A stretch of DNA of 64,000 nucleotides from Eledone cirrhosa (Eukaryota): assembly GCA_964016885.1 (NCBI GenBank), contig OZ024754.1:1364001-1428000 (forward strand), written 5' to 3'. The notes under the pieces were generated by a model that saw only the letters and a list, made by a program, of their open reading frames with translations, ran no database searches and was not told the DNA's origin. Made by a program: the position numbers and the translations under genes. Shown here one piece after another: positions 1 to 20,000 of the stretch (position 1 is its first letter; each line of letters starts with the position of its first letter).

Positions 1-33
1 CCTAATTTCTTTAATATTAATGTTGGTTCAGCT

Positions 34-935
34 GCTAACCATTTGCTAACGATTTTTTAACCATTTGCTAACTATTTGCTAACCATTTGCTAACCATTTG
101 GTAACCATTTGGTAACCATTTGCTAGCTATTTGCTAGCCATTTGCTAACTATTTGCTAGCTATTTGGTAACCATTTGGTAACCATTTGCTAACCATTTGG
201 TAACCATTTGCTAGCTATTTGCTAACCATTTGCTAGCTATTTGCTAACCATTTGCTAACCATTTGCTAACCATTTGGTAACCATTTGCTAGCTATTTGCT
301 AACCATTTGCTAGCTATTTTCTACCCATTTGCTAGCCATTTGCTAACCATTTGCTAACCATTTGGTAACCATTTGCTAGCTATTTGCTAGCCATTTGCTA
401 ACTATTTGCTAGCTATTTGGTAACCATTTGGTAACCATTTGCTAACCATTTGCTAACCATTTGGTAACCATTTGCTAGCTATTTGCTAACCATTTGCTAG
501 CTATTTGCTAACCATTTGCTAACCATTTGCTAACCATTTGGTAACCATTTGCTAGCTATTTGCTAGCTATTTGCTAGCCATTTGCTAACCATTTGCTAGC
601 CATTTGCTAGCCATTTGCTAACCATTTGGTAACCATTTGCTAGCTATTTGCTAGCCATTTGCTAACCATTTGCTAGCTATTTGCTAGCCATTTGCTAACC
701 ATTTGCTAACCATTTGCTAGCCATTTGCTAACCATTTGCTAGCCATTTGCTAACCATTTGCTAGCCATTTGCTAGCCATTTGCTAACCATTTGCTAACCA
801 TTTGCTAGCCATTTGCTAACCATTTGCTAGCTATTTGCTAGCCATTTGCTAACCATTTGCTAACCATTTGCTAACCATTTGCTAGCCATTTGCTAGCCAT
901 TTGCTAGCCATTTGCTAACCATTTGCTAGCCATTT
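34..935. repeat. 11-bp minisatellite (CCATTTGCTAA / CCATTTGCTAG / CTATTTGCTAG / CCATTTGGTAA variants), roughly 80 units
   Basis: Directly visible tandem 11-mer with four recurring variants. Confidence 0.97.
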
Positions 936-1249
936 CTCATTCCCAACCTTCTCCAGATTTTAGTTGGAAAGAAGAAAAAAAAAAATAAGCGAAAGTTTTT
1001 CTAAATTGAAAATAATGTCAGGAGTTGGAGTTGTATTTATTGCTAGGAACGTGTTAACATCGAATCCGAAGGACAAGTCTTCGGCCATTGGGTAATACAA
1101 ACATTATTAATGAATTCTATTAATTAGAGCTTCGTACAACAAGCTTCGCAGCATAGTTATGTATCTATATGTATGTATGTATGTGCGTATATATATATAA
1201 TAATAATAAGGGTTGACGGACCCAGCATATTTATCAATATATATATATA

Positions 1250-1368
1250 GGAAAAGAGTCAGGACGTCAACGGCTGAGCTCCGGCCGTTTCGACAGCTAG
1301 ATCCTAACTAGAGTACTGTAGTTCGGGTCTAGCTGTCGAAACGGGCGGAGCTCAGCCGTCGGATCCTG
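1250..1368. mobile_element. Fold-back element family A, hairpin-only copy
   Basis: ACGGCTGAGCTCCGGCCGTTTCGACAGCTAGA ... TCTAGCTGTCGAAACGGGCGGAGCTCAGCCGT is a near-perfect palindrome centred on AGTACT; flanked by (TA)n; matches 8 other copies in the window. Confidence 0.85.
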
Positions 1369-1371
1369 TAA

Positions 1372-7375
<6,004 letters not shown>

Positions 7376-7976
7376 TGTATAGTGAGAGCGGAGAGAGAGA
7401 GAGAGAGAGAGTGTGACATAGAGTGACAGAGAGTACGCAGATGTGAGGTGAAAAGTCAGTTCCAGCAGTCACTTCCTTTTCCGCCAATCTCGGCGGTATA
7501 TTTCCGTACACTGGTTTGTCACAATAGAAAAGACACGTGGCACCTCATCCTTTGATCTATTCTCAGATCACAAGAATCTGATGTAGATTCTTTTAATCCA
7601 GAATCTTTAGAATTAGAAAAAAAACCAAAAAAAAACCCCAGCAAACAAACAACAAACAAAAAATACCGTATTCCATCCAACTTAGACCAACAACAAAATG
7701 ACTCTAAATAAACAATACTAAAATATATATAAAGAATGTCACCGTCATAAGAATGACGAGAACAACAACAACAACAACAATGAATGTAAAATAGATATGT
7801 GGCTTTTAAAGATATATAAAACACGACAGATCGATTCTTTCTCGATACAAATATAAATGGCTCAGTAGGTTTGATTAATGAGATTGACAGGCAGAAAATC
7901 AGAAAATACTTAAACTTACTATATATATATATATGTTCAGGTGGGTTTATATAAGTATGAACACACACGCACACGC

Positions 7977-8039
<63 letters not shown>

Positions 8040-8255
8040 CACATGTAGCTCAGTCGTGTCGTATTCAAATGTAGAACTAGAAACGTTTAAAAGTTAGTAA
8101 AACTCGTCAATCTGTCGCGGACAATATTCTGGGTTACTAAGTTGTTTCTTTTAAAAACTAAAATATCCATATTTGGTGTTAGTGTTGCTAGTGGAAACAT
8201 TAAATAACTGCTATTTCGATGTCAGGGATTAGATTAAACAAACTGTTGGGAATAA

Positions 8256-8373
8256 TAATTGTTTCTACTTTTGGCACAAGGCCAGCAAAACACACCAGTG
8301 CATTACTGGTACTTTATTTTATCGACCCCGTAAGGATGAAAGGCAAATTCAACCTCGGTAGGATTTGAACACA
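8256..8373 (-). mobile_element. SINE family C, 5'-truncated copy
   Basis: Shared body GTACTTTATTTTATCGACCCCGTAAGGATGAAAGGCAAA..CCTCGG..GGATTTGAAC; B-box-like GTTCAAATCC on the minus strand. Confidence 0.9.
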
Positions 8374-8487
8374 GGGAATAGTAAAAATCGTACACACATA
8401 CACACACACACTCACGCACACACTCTCAACACACACTGTTACACACACACACACTCTCTCTCTCTCTCACACACACATGCACTCATC

Positions 8488-8672
8488 CAAGACCTATTAT
8501 CAAATATGTTCCAGCCGTGACAATCCCATCCTTTATATTTCACCAAACATCAAACAGTGAACTCTAGGTCTACATTACCTAATGTGTCCTTCCCTTTCTA
8601 ATAAGCTGGTGTGTAATTTGAGGGAGATTTGGCTGTTATTTTTAGCCCACCAAGCTATCCTCTCTAGGCTCC
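8488..8672. repeat. Old dispersed repeat fragment (family E)
   Basis: GAGATTTGGCTGTTATTTTTAGC and CTAGGTCTACATTA motifs recur in degenerate form near 19030, 31265 (opposite strand), 56060 (opposite strand) and 62215. Confidence 0.45.
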
Positions 8673-8777
8673 TTTATTAGCTCATAAAGTGTGAGACGCG
8701 GCATATTTAGATGTGGTGATGGCAATAAATACTCTGTTGTCTGATAACAGACTTGGATAGTAAAGACATTGGTCTGT

Positions 8778-10000
8778 CTTTGGCACAGACACATACACTC
8801 TCACACACATACACATACACTCATACATACATACACATACATACACATACACTCTCATACACATACACATACACTCATACATACATACACATACATACAC
8901 ATACATACACATACACTCTCATACACATACACATACACTCATACATACATACACATACACTCTCATACACATACACTCATACATACATACACATACATAC
9001 ACATACACTCTCATACACATACACATACACTCATACATACATACACATACACTCTCATACACATACATACATACACATACATACACATACACTCTCATAC
9101 ACATACACATACACTCATACATACATACACATACATACACATACACTCTCATACACATACACATACACTCATACATACATACACATACACTCATACATAC
9201 ATACACATACATACACATACACTCTCATACACATACACATACACTCATACATACATACACATACACTCTCATACACATACACTCATACATACATACACAT
9301 ACATACACATACACTCTCATACACATACACATACACTCATACATACATACACATACATACACATACACTCTCATACACATACACATACACTCATACATAC
9401 ATACACATACACTCTCATACACATACACTCATACATACATACACATACATACACATACACTCTCATACACATACACTCATACATACATATACATATACAT
9501 ACACACTCATACACATACACTCATACATACATACACTCATACATACATATACACATACATACACATACACTCTCATACACATACACTCATACATACACAT
9601 ACACTCATACATACATATACATATACATACACACTCATACAATTCTTTGGCACAGACACATACTCTCATACACATACACTCATAAATACATATCACATAC
9701 ATACACATACACTCTCATACACATACACACCATACATACATATACATATACATACACACTCATACAATTCTTTGGCACAGACACATACTCTCATACACAT
9801 ACACTCATAAATACATATCACATACATACACATACACTCTCATACACATACACACCATACATACATATACATATACATAGACACCCATACACTCATACAC
9901 ATACACTCAATAATATATACATATACACACAGGCATACACACTCATACACAATCATAAACATACACTCATACATATATACATACACTCATACATACATAC
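8778..10000. repeat. Compound CATA/CA/CACTCT satellite with an internal ~125-bp duplication (9641-9880)
   Basis: Visible repeats; TTTGGCACAGACACATAC occurs at 8779, 9646 and 9771. Confidence 0.92.
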
Positions 10001-10002
10001 AC

Positions 10003-10327
10003 ACAGACAGACTTACACACACAAACACACACACACTTACAGACAGACTTACACACACACACTCCACACACTTGCAGACAGACTTACACACACAAACACA
10101 CACACAGACAGACTTTCACACACAAACACACACACTTACAGACAGACTTACACACACAAACACACACACAGACAGACTTACACACACAAACACACACACA
10201 CAGGCAGACTTACACACACAAACACACATACACTTACAGACAGACTTACACACACAAACACACACAGACAGACTTACACACACACACATACAGACTTACA
10301 CACACAAACACACACTTACAGACAGAC

Positions 10328-10365
<38 letters not shown>

Positions 10366-10471
10366 ACAGACAGACAGACTTACACACACACACACTTACA
10401 GACAGACAGACTTACACACACACACACAGACAGACTTACACAAACACACACAGACAGTCAGACAGACAGAC
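10003..10471. repeat. CAGACTTA(CA)n compound minisatellite
   Basis: Repeated CAGACAGACTTACACACAC units. Confidence 0.92.
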
Positions 10472-10529
10472 ATGACGATATATTGTTTTCCGTAAATATT
10501 AAATCACGCCACTTTAGTGAGATATGGTA

Positions 10530-10963
10530 AACACACACACCACACACACATATGGCACACACATACACATCATACACACACATATACACACACACCACAC
10601 ACACGTATGGCACACACATACACATCATACACACACATATACACACACATATACACCCACACCACACACACACACCACACACACACCACACACACACACA
10701 CCACATACACATCCATATGGCACACACATACACATCATACACACACATACACCTTTGGGGGTCGATAAATACAGTACCAGTATCGATTCTCTCTCTCTCC
10801 CCCTCTCTCCCTCCCCCTCTCTCTCTCCCATCTCTCCCTCTCTCTCTCCCATCTCTCCCTCTCTCTCTCCCATCTCTCCCTCTCTCTCTCCCATCTCTCT
10901 CTCTCCCATCTCTCCCATCTCTCTCTCTCTCTCTCTCTCTCCCCCTCTCTCCTATCGCCCCCC

Positions 10964-11003
<40 letters not shown>
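10530..11003. repeat. CA-rich then CT-rich low-complexity repeats with a ~35-bp SINE C fragment at 10753-10788
   Basis: Repeated ATGGCACACACATACACATCATAC and CCCATCTCTCCCTCTCTCTCT units; GGGGTCGATAAATACAGTACCAGT matches the SINE C core. Confidence 0.85.
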
Positions 11004-11007
<4 letters not shown>

Positions 11008-11389
11008 CTTTCTCCCCCTATCGCAGCTGGAAAGAAATAAGCTCCACCGTGTTTAAAATATCCAAGACTTGCCACGATGCTATTAACCAATAAGGAGCAC
11101 TATTCGTTCTGTATCTCGGCACCCTCAGTCCAAATGCCACCGAGATCAACTTTGCCTATCACTTATTCGAGATCGATAAATAAAGTTCTAAATAAATCGA
11201 AAGTGTTCTCACATATTAAATCAAATATTCTTTTAGTATACATTCCGTCATTTTTGTCGAGTATTATGCTAGTATATATATATATATATTGATCTTATAT
11301 TATGCATACTCCAGTCCCACAAACTGTAGAGTGCTTCTTATCCGATATCTGCATTGCTTTATTGTACTACAATAAAACTCACCTCCTAC

Positions 11390-11422
<33 letters not shown>

Positions 11423-11464
11423 TATATATATATATAAATATGTATATGTATATATATGTGTGTG

Positions 11465-11880
11465 TGTCAGGTCACTCTTCAGTGCTACTGGTAACATGTA
11501 ACCCAGTACAGCCTGTGCATGATCGGCTCGTCCGTGACTAAACTGGCAACCCTAGGAGGGGGATTTTGGACACCCTGTAGGATGAAAAACAAAAGCCGTC
11601 AAGGGGCGGAGGAACTCAGCAGAGTCAACGGAACATCCAATAGTCTTTTTTTCTTTTTGTGAAGCAAGAGACCCCTAGTCTTCATTTAGACATCTCCCTA
11701 GGAGAGGTTCACTCTGATATAAAACCCGTAACTTCGTTTGTAGCCAATGATGTAGACGAGTTCTTCTTTTTTTGAAAATATATTCGATGTTCAGAGAGTG
11801 GGATTGGCTCCGTGCAAAGCCTTTCCTCACTTAAAAAAGCTTCAAGCACAGGTATCGTTTGATAGGCGACAATTTTTGCA
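11465..11880 (+). mobile_element. Dispersed repeat, possibly the 5' region of a non-LTR retrotransposon; homologous to 15835-16204 (-)
   Basis: GTCAGGTCA..ACTGGTA..TGTAACCCAGTACA.CCTG...GACTAAAC.GGC and GGA.GAA...AGTCAA.GG..CATCCA are shared with the reverse complement of 16000-16204. The class is inferred. Confidence 0.45.
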
Positions 11881-12099
11881 ATGCGTGGTATTGCTGGCCA
11901 CAGGCAAGTCCCGAGCTGGACTAAAGACCCAAGTCAGTGATGGTCAGGCTTAAGTATCGAGCGATGGCATTACTCGAAATCGAGTTGCAGTCATCACACG
12001 CACACGCACACGCACACGCACACACACACACACACACATACACACACACACACATACATACATACATACATACATACACACATACATACACACATACAT

Positions 12100-12130
<31 letters not shown>

Positions 12131-12138
12131 TACATACA

Positions 12139-12170
<32 letters not shown>

Positions 12171-12171
12171 A

Positions 12172-12270
12172 AACGAGGGAAGTGTAGTAATGAAGCAGGT
12201 GGGACCATAACGTTCAGAACTAGCTGTCGAAACGGCCGGACCTCAGCCGCCGGGGTCCTGATTTTTTCCT
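12172..12270 (-). mobile_element. Fold-back element family A, internally deleted copy
   Basis: Reverse-complement tail (AACGAGGGAAGTGT..GGACCATAACG) joined to the arm CTAGCTGTCGAAACGGCCGGACCTCAGCCGCCGGGGTCCTGA; TA-rich flanks. Confidence 0.8.
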
Positions 12271-12900
12271 ATATATATATATATATATATATATCTATAT
12301 ATATATATGCATACACTCATAGATATACATACTCATTTATCTAATTTACTCGCCTCTCCCATTCATTCATCTATTCTTACGAAATATAGTTAAGTACCCC
12401 GCAGTATGCAATCTATGACAAGCAAATATCAGTACTTAATCCTTCAGAATTATCTTTTTATACATTCAATCATCCGTTATCTACAATATAACGATTGAAT
12501 GTCGATCATATCACCTGTTATGGTATGAAATATCAATAGGATTTTCTCTATCGTCAAAAACTAATACAAAAAACAAAACCTGTTATTAATAGCGATATTT
12601 TTTTTCTTTTACGTTATGATAAACTGTAACAAAGATAGAATTCTCCTCGACTTTAATTCATTTCATCCAATAGTTTTTTGCCACGTCATCGTGGACGTTT
12701 CGCTATCAGTTTAACTCAACAGTTGTATTATCTATAAAATGTGGAATGGAGTGAAGTTTAGTGAGGACAGATTAGGGTTAACGAGGGTGGTGTTGGTTGT
12801 GATAGCCATGATTCCTGGCTTTCCTTATAAGAGGGTAGGTGAGGCCGTAAGATAAATATGGTCTGAATATTTAACGATTAGATAGTTCATAGTGGTAGTT

Positions 12901-13795
12901 GTAGTGTTAGTGTTGGTGGGGTGTGTGTGTCATTTGATTGCAGTAGAGGTGGTGGTGCTGGTGGTAATGTAATAGTTTGGTTTATGTGGTAGTGGTAGCT
13001 GTTGGTGGGGTGTGTGTGTCATTTGATTGCAGTAGAGGTGGTGGTGCTGGTGGTAATGTAGTAGTTTGGTTTATGTGGTAGTGGTAGCTGTTGCTGGGGT
13101 GTGTGTGTCATTTGATTGCAGTAGAGGTGGTGGTGCTGGTGGTAATGTAGTAGTTTGGTTTATGTGGTAGTGGTAGCTGTTGGTGGGGTGTGTGTGTCAT
13201 TTGATTGCAGTAGAGGTGGTGGTGCTGGTGGTAATGTAGTAGTTTGGTTTATGTGGTAGTGGTAGCTGTTGGTGAGGTGTGTGTGTCATTTGATTGCAGT
13301 AGAGGTGGTGGTGCTGGTGGTAATGTAGTAGTTTGGTTTATGTGGTAGTGGTAGCTGTTGGTGGGGTGTGTGTGTCATTTGATTGCAGTAGAGGTGGTGG
13401 TGCTGGTGGTAATGTAATAGTTTGGTTTATGTGGTAGTGGTAGCTGTTGGTGAGGTGTGTGTGTCATTTGATTGCAGTAGAGGTGGTGGTGCTGGTGGTA
13501 ATGTAATAGTTTGGTTTATGTGGTAGTGGTAGCTGTTGGTAGGGTGTATGTGTCATTTGATTGCAGTAGAGGTGGTGGTGCTGGTGGTAATATGGTGCTG
13601 GTGGTAATGTGGTAGTTTGGTTTATGTGGTAGTAGCGGTGGTGCTGGTGGTAATGTAGTAGGTTGGTTTATGTGGTAGTGGTAGCTGTTGGTGGGGTGTG
13701 TGTCATTTGATTGCAGTAGAGGTGGTGGTGGTGGTGGTAACGTGGTAGGTTGGTTTATGTGGTAGTTGTGGTGTTAGTGTTGGTGGGGGTGTGTG
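12901..13795. repeat. 89-bp GT-rich minisatellite, about 9 copies
   Basis: CATTTGATTGCAGTAGAGG recurs at 12931, 13020, 13109 and so on (period 89). Confidence 0.95.
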
Positions 13796-13856
13796 CTTCT
13801 GTTGATTGGGCTTTCCAATTGCTAATACTATCTATCGGTCACAACTCAAAGCAGAA

Positions 13857-13970
13857 GGAGCAACATGAAATAAAGTGTCTTGCTCAAGGACATAACGCAT
13901 CACCCGGTCTGGGAATCGAAATCACGACCTAACGATTGCGAATTCAACCAATTCTCTTACCACTCAATCA
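13857..13970 (-). mobile_element. tRNA-derived SINE family D, head region
   Basis: Minus strand reads A-box-like TGATTGAGTGG, B-box-like TTTCGATTCC, then TGTCCTTGAGCAAGACACTT, a typical post-tRNA SINE segment. GGAGCAAC.TGAAATA is shared with 58282. Confidence 0.75.
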
Positions 13971-14513
13971 CTCTCTGTATGTGTGTGTGTATATATATAT
14001 ATATATATTCTTCAAACATATAATTTTATACATACACACACATATATGTATATATGAGTGTATGTGTGTGTATATATATATACACATATATATATATATA
14101 CACACACATACACTCATATATACATACATATATACATACAGACCCCTGCAAGCAGGGAAAAGCGGACGTATGATGACGATGATGATATATATGTGTGTAT
14201 AAATCTCTATATAAATCTATATACATGTTTGTGTTTATACGTATTTGATACAACCATACGGTTACTAGTGTGTGTATGTATGGTTGACATTGTTCAGTAT
14301 GCTATAAGATCCGAGGTAAAGGTGCCGTGAGCTGATATAGCGAGTCAGCAAAGCAAACAACATGTTTTGAATAAGAAGCGGACGCTGCCGGCTGAATAGC
14401 CATCAATCAGGTACCACCATAAGCCAGACTTCTCAGCTTTGGACACCCCAGACACACATACACACACACCACATACCACACACCACAACCTCTACTGTCT
14501 TTCACACCTTCAT

Positions 14514-14547
<34 letters not shown>

Positions 14548-14560
14548 GGCGCATAGATTT

Positions 14561-14722
14561 ACAGCGCTTTATGATCTGAGTTCAAATCCCGCCGAGGTTA
14601 ACTTTGCCTTTCATCCTTAGGGGGTCGATAAAATAAAGTACCAGTCACACACTGGGGTCGATTTAATCGACTTTCCCCTCCCCCAAAATTGCTGGCCTTG
14701 TGCCTATATAAGAAACCATTAT
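14561..14722 (+). mobile_element. SINE family C, long variant
   Basis: CTGAGTTCAAATCCCGCCGAGGTTAACTTTGCCTTTCATCC...GTCGATAAAATAAAGTACCAGT plus the extra GTCGATTTAATCGACTTTCCCCTCCCCCAAA segment. Confidence 0.92.
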
Positions 14723-14829
14723 TAACAAGAGGAACAGAACCAATACTATCACATTTACCACGTTAGCCTTTAAACCTATATATGCCTTAATCCCAACAAA
14801 ACCCTCACCTTCCTCTATATCTCTAGTAC

Positions 14830-15830
14830 TAATATACCACTTTGATATATTCGTATCGTAAGCTTAGCTGGTGAGGACGGCTGTTCATATAATTGAGGGC
14901 ATATCTGGGGAGAGCTAACACAAAGGGTAATGTTCGCAGGACAGTTCCTTGTGGTACCTACCCTAAACATTACTGTATCTTTTGAAAGAGTCCCAAAGGT
15001 AGCAACGGTTTGACATCTTTTAACTAATCCTGCCGCTACAGTCCAATTTTTAAACTATGCCAAGATTATGTAGTTTCCTCTCTATCATTCCAAGATCATC
15101 TTTGATGGAGGTTATGGCTAAGTTGAGATATACCACTTCAATATTTCACATATTGTCTAGCTGTTTCCACAACCAATCGTACCGCTGTAAAAACTGTTGC
15201 TGCAGCTTCTAACTAGACGGAAGCCAGCTGAGTATCACTTAACAAATACTTTATCTGCAACAACCTAATCAGTCGTCCTCTGATACCTCATTCCGTCACT
15301 ATGCTGACGTATGAAGTTAGATACGCCTGTATTTTTTTAGCATCTACTCAGCTTCCTTATGAATGGGTCATATTATACCCTCCTTCAACTCCTGGGATGA
15401 TTAACACTTGCAACAAAACTTTTAGCGAGCATTTGAATGTGTTGGGCTTGATTTAAGAGCAATTTCAGGAAACCAATTTGGGCCTGTTTCCGAGTGTAGG
15501 TCCACTTATTCTAACTGAAAATACATCTTCCGCCAGGTAATGGCTGGTTTCCACTTCACAATATAGGGTTATAGTGTTTAAAAAGTGATTGTGTCCTACC
15601 GGAATAATGAAAACATTTTTGAATTGTTCATTCAATATTTCACATAAAGTTTTTGTTCTGCAGTTAGTGAGATATTTCCTTGAAACAATGACTAGATATT
15701 GTGATGAACTAGAGTTAATTCATTTGCTAGCTTTATAAAACAAACCACATTAGTTTTCAGTTTTGCCTTCTCCAATTCATGGGAGTGTTTTAATATATTC
15801 TGTAGTTTCAACATTGGCTTTTTCGATGTG
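14830..15830 (-). pseudogene. Decayed CR1/L2-type LINE ORF2 (reverse transcriptase) remnant
   Basis: Manual translation across frameshifts and stops gives motifs in the correct order: CEILNEQFKNVF (~15615-15650), LSDTQ.GFRLVRSC (~15200-15240), NIEVVYLNLA (YLDFAKAFD-like, ~15120-15145), VPQGTVL (~14937-14957), LTS*AYDT (YADDT-like, ~14852-14875). Confidence 0.8.
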
Positions 15831-15834
15831 AATA

Positions 15835-16204
15835 AAGTTTTCATTTAAACGATTTGAAGCAGGGCCTCTCATTCTTGTTGGAGGAACCTCTCCCTGGATG
15901 ACCTCCACCGCTTTCTGTTTGGTTATGGTCATACCAGAGGTGTAGCCGTACTCACCATGATTTGCCAAATGCGGGTTAGTGAGGCTATTTAACCCACAGT
16001 TGGGATGGATGGCCATTGACTGAGGAATTCATCCGGCCTTTTAAAAACCTCTTGTTTTTTCTTGTGCTGCTAAGGTTCCACTTACCTTGTTACCGGACCA
16101 GGATCTAGTGGTAGAGCCGGTTTAGTCGCCGACCACTCGACCATCAAGCAGGTTGTACTGGGTTACAAACTACCAGTAACAGTGACAGAAGCCTGACCTG
16201 ACCA
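15835..16204 (-). mobile_element. Second, diverged member of the 11465-11880 repeat, adjoining or nested in the LINE remnant
   Basis: Sequence similarity to 11465-11640, seen by eye. Confidence 0.45.
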
Positions 16205-16895
16205 CGTCAGAGCTACTCAGTATTAGATATTTTCATAGTCTGATGTATTTATCTTCATACCTACCAACAAAATATTTCCCAGTTTCAAGCGTCTTTCGAA
16301 CTCTAATTCCCTTTCTTTAGCATAAATATTACAACACGTGTTAAACGTTCAATCAATAAATACCTAAATCATGCAATAGTGACTCCTTGCTGACGGCTAA
16401 TAATTGGTGTGATGTGATGCAGAAAATCTGTTTTGAAATTGGAACAATGAAGATAATGTTTCGTAAGTGATAGCAAAATATGAAGTTATGAAGTTAGAGT
16501 AAGGACAACTAGACATAGAGAAGATCGTTAAAGATGATGACAGGAAGAAAAGCTGCCAAGAAAGGGTTATCGGCCATTGCAGTAAAGATAGAAGTGACAA
16601 GCGAAGAATCATTATGTGTTGGATCAAGCAGCTTGACAATTACCCTTCAATCAACACATTATCAAGGTTTTTAGAGTAGGGGCTGATCCCGTCTCACTAT
16701 TACTCATTCCAGTTGTTATCTACGGTATTTCCTTCTCTGCTTCTACCCGAAATCTTTCCACCTCTCATAACATTACTTATTACATACATCCTTTAATTAT
16801 TGCTTTCTCTATCTCATTCCCTCCTATCTTCTCTCTCTAGCTTACACACATATACACACACAAGCATCTCGCATCTCTCTCTCTCTCTCTCTCGC

Positions 16896-17181
<286 letters not shown>

Positions 17182-17360
17182 ACAAGGTTTCTTCAATCTC
17201 TACCTGTCTCACAGACACTTTACTCAGGAAAGATATAACACCAGTTGCTGTCAACATAGATACGCCTTCCATACGTTTTTATCACATACGCCATTTTGAT
17301 TCTGCTCATCTACGCATATATATATATATATAATATATATATATATATGTATATATATGC

Positions 17361-17410
<50 letters not shown>

Positions 17411-17481
17411 GTGTGTTGTAGTATTGTATTTTATTCGTTATTTACGCATTTTCTTATCACATTTCCTACTTTCTTCAAACA

Positions 17482-17520
<39 letters not shown>

Positions 17521-17635
17521 TCACACATGAACATGCAAAAATGTATGCACATACATATGTTTGAAGGCAGACACATGCATACCTTATATATGTATGTGTG
17601 TATGTATATATATATGTGTGTGTGCATATGTATAA

Positions 17636-17701
<66 letters not shown>

Positions 17702-17764
17702 TTATATCTGGTTTTCTGAGCACATGTTTCATTCATGTTGAGAAATATATATTCCCTCTACCCA

Positions 17765-18035
17765 TGTATGTATGTACATATGCACGTATTTATGTATATG
17801 CATATGTATGTATGTACGTATGCCTGTCTGTATTTATCTATGTGTGTCTGTGTCTATGTATGTATGTATGTATGTATGTATGTACGTATGCCTGTATGTA
17901 TTTATCTATGTGTGTCTGTGTATGTATGTGTATGTATGTACGTACGTATGCCTTTATGTATGTATGTATGTATGTATGTATGTGTATGTATGCATGTATT
18001 TATGTATGTGTATCTCTGTCTGTGTGTCTGTGTAT
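17765..18035. repeat. (TATG)n-rich compound repeat
   Basis: Directly visible. Confidence 0.9.
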
Positions 18036-18576
18036 TTCCCTGATATAACCTCGGCAGTCTTAAAACCTTCTCCCAGTTTCTTGTTTCAAATTAAAGATTG
18101 TTTCTCACACCAGAAAATCTTCTCTCAACCTTTCTGTCTTCACTTTCTCTTTTATAGCTTTATATGGACATATCCCCATAGCTACGTAGATATTTTACAC
18201 AGTCATGGACATCCGTCGGATGTGAGACGATGATTGTCCTAGTTAGATTAACATGTAAGTGTCTGAGCATTCGACAGGCACAATTGCTTAGAAAATACAT
18301 GGCCAAAACGACGCGAAGCGGGACTGAAGCAATTGCAAGTACCAGTCAAGTAATGGGTCGATATAATTAACCCCCACTCCACAAAGTCCTGCCCCTGTGT
18401 CAAAATTGAAACCCATTATAATTAATGAGATAAAGAACTTGCAAGTAAAATCTACAAGTGTAGTTTCGATCTTCGATTGAAGCAAAATGACGTAAATACT
18501 CTTGAGCAAATCATCTCCATTCTCTAAGAAATTCAGAGCCCTTTTCCAGTCAATAACTAGAAATATATAGATATAT

Positions 18577-18762
18577 ATAATTGTTTCTATTTTTGGCAAA
18601 AGGCCAGTAATTACCCCAGTGCATTACTGGTACTTTATTTTATCAACCCCGTCAGGATGAAAGGCAAAGTTAACCTCGGTGGGATTTGAACTCAGACCAT
18701 CAAGGGGCGGAATTCTATGCTACAAAGCATGGCGTTCGACCCTCTACTGATACTGCCAATCC
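18577..18762 (-). mobile_element. SINE family C, near full-length short variant
   Basis: Minus strand: A-box-like TGGCAGTATCAG, B-box GAGTTCAAATCC, conserved core and tail ending TAGAAACAATTAT. Confidence 0.92.
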
Positions 18763-19558
18763 ACCAAGATATATATAGTTTATACATCCATAAAACGTTT
18801 ATATATATATATAAACGTATATATATATATATATATCATAAGCATGAACGAGGTATCAAATTTTCATTACGTTTATTCAGGTGTGACGCGCGCCTCGCGA
18901 TCAATCAGCTCAAGGTTCAATTCCTATCGATCTGGCCCGACTCCGGAAGGTGTGTGATGGAGGCACAAAGATTGCATATAATGAGACCACCAAGACTGCA
19001 ATAGGGTGATAGGGGGATGAGAATTGAAATAGGACTGTTATTTCTAGCAGATATAATAACCACGTAAAGGCTACCACGTTAGTTTGGCACTTTTATCAGG
19101 TCAGCCCCCCCCCCCACTCCAACTTTCCTGACTTTCTGTGGGATAAATAATATATGCAACATAACAGCTGTTGTCACGTGATAACACTCTTTTAGTTCTC
19201 CAATATCTGTCACCTCTTCAGTTGTCTAGTATGAGATATCAAGATTTACGCACCTTTTTATCACTCATAACCTGAAGCCCTTCATGTGTGAGCGGCCCCG
19301 TCTGTGTGTGTGTGTGTGTGTGTGTACGTGCATGTGTGTCTCTGTCCTGAGGCCGTTGATATGTGAGCGGCCTCTCCGCCTCTCTGTGTGTGTGTGTACG
19401 TACGTGCATGTGTGTGTGTGTGTGTGCGTCTGTGTCTTGAGGCCGTTGATATGTGTATGTGTGTGTATGTATGTGTGTGTGTGTGTATGTGTTTATGAGT
19501 CTGACTGCAGATTTATGTCACATATACTACAACCCCAAACAATTGATGTATGATTACT

Positions 19559-19606
<48 letters not shown>

Positions 19607-19679
19607 TATGTATGACCAACTGTATATAACTATGTATTTATAATAATGGCCGTTTCCATTCCGAGTTCAAATCCTGTAA

Positions 19680-19817
19680 GAAATACCACGAAATACCACG
19701 AAATACCACTGAATACCACGAAATACCACGGAATACCACGGAATATCACGGAATACCACGAAATACCACGGAATATCACGGAATACCACAAAATACCACG
19801 GAATACCACGGAATACC
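19680..19817. repeat. 10-bp minisatellite (G/A)AATACCACG
   Basis: About 14 tandem units, immediately after a SINE B-box remnant (GAGTTCAAATCC at ~19663). Confidence 0.95.
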
Positions 19818-19925
19818 TTTACATAAGAAGTCTTGAAATATGTTTATGATCATAATTTTATTCATATTCCTACGTCATAAAATTTGGTATTTTAATGGAG
19901 TGTAGACATTTGTTTTCACCACTTT

Positions 19926-19956
<31 letters not shown>

Positions 19957-19957
19957 A

Positions 19958-20000
<43 letters not shown>

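Noticed and set aside
7430-7620. Possible promoter (CACTTCC, CACGTG, a few CpGs)
   Set aside because: Short motifs are expected by chance; no downstream gene identified.
8753-11093. His/Thr/Tyr-rich ORFs
   Set aside because: Translations of CA/CATA repeats.
12690-12710. Minus-strand CTGATAGCGAAACGTC
   Set aside because: Core incomplete and no stem II or stem I.
12901-13795. CRISPR-like regular periodicity (also 34-935, 23026-24195, 35030-35298)
   Set aside because: Whole units repeat with no unique spacers, there are no cas genes, and the context is eukaryotic.
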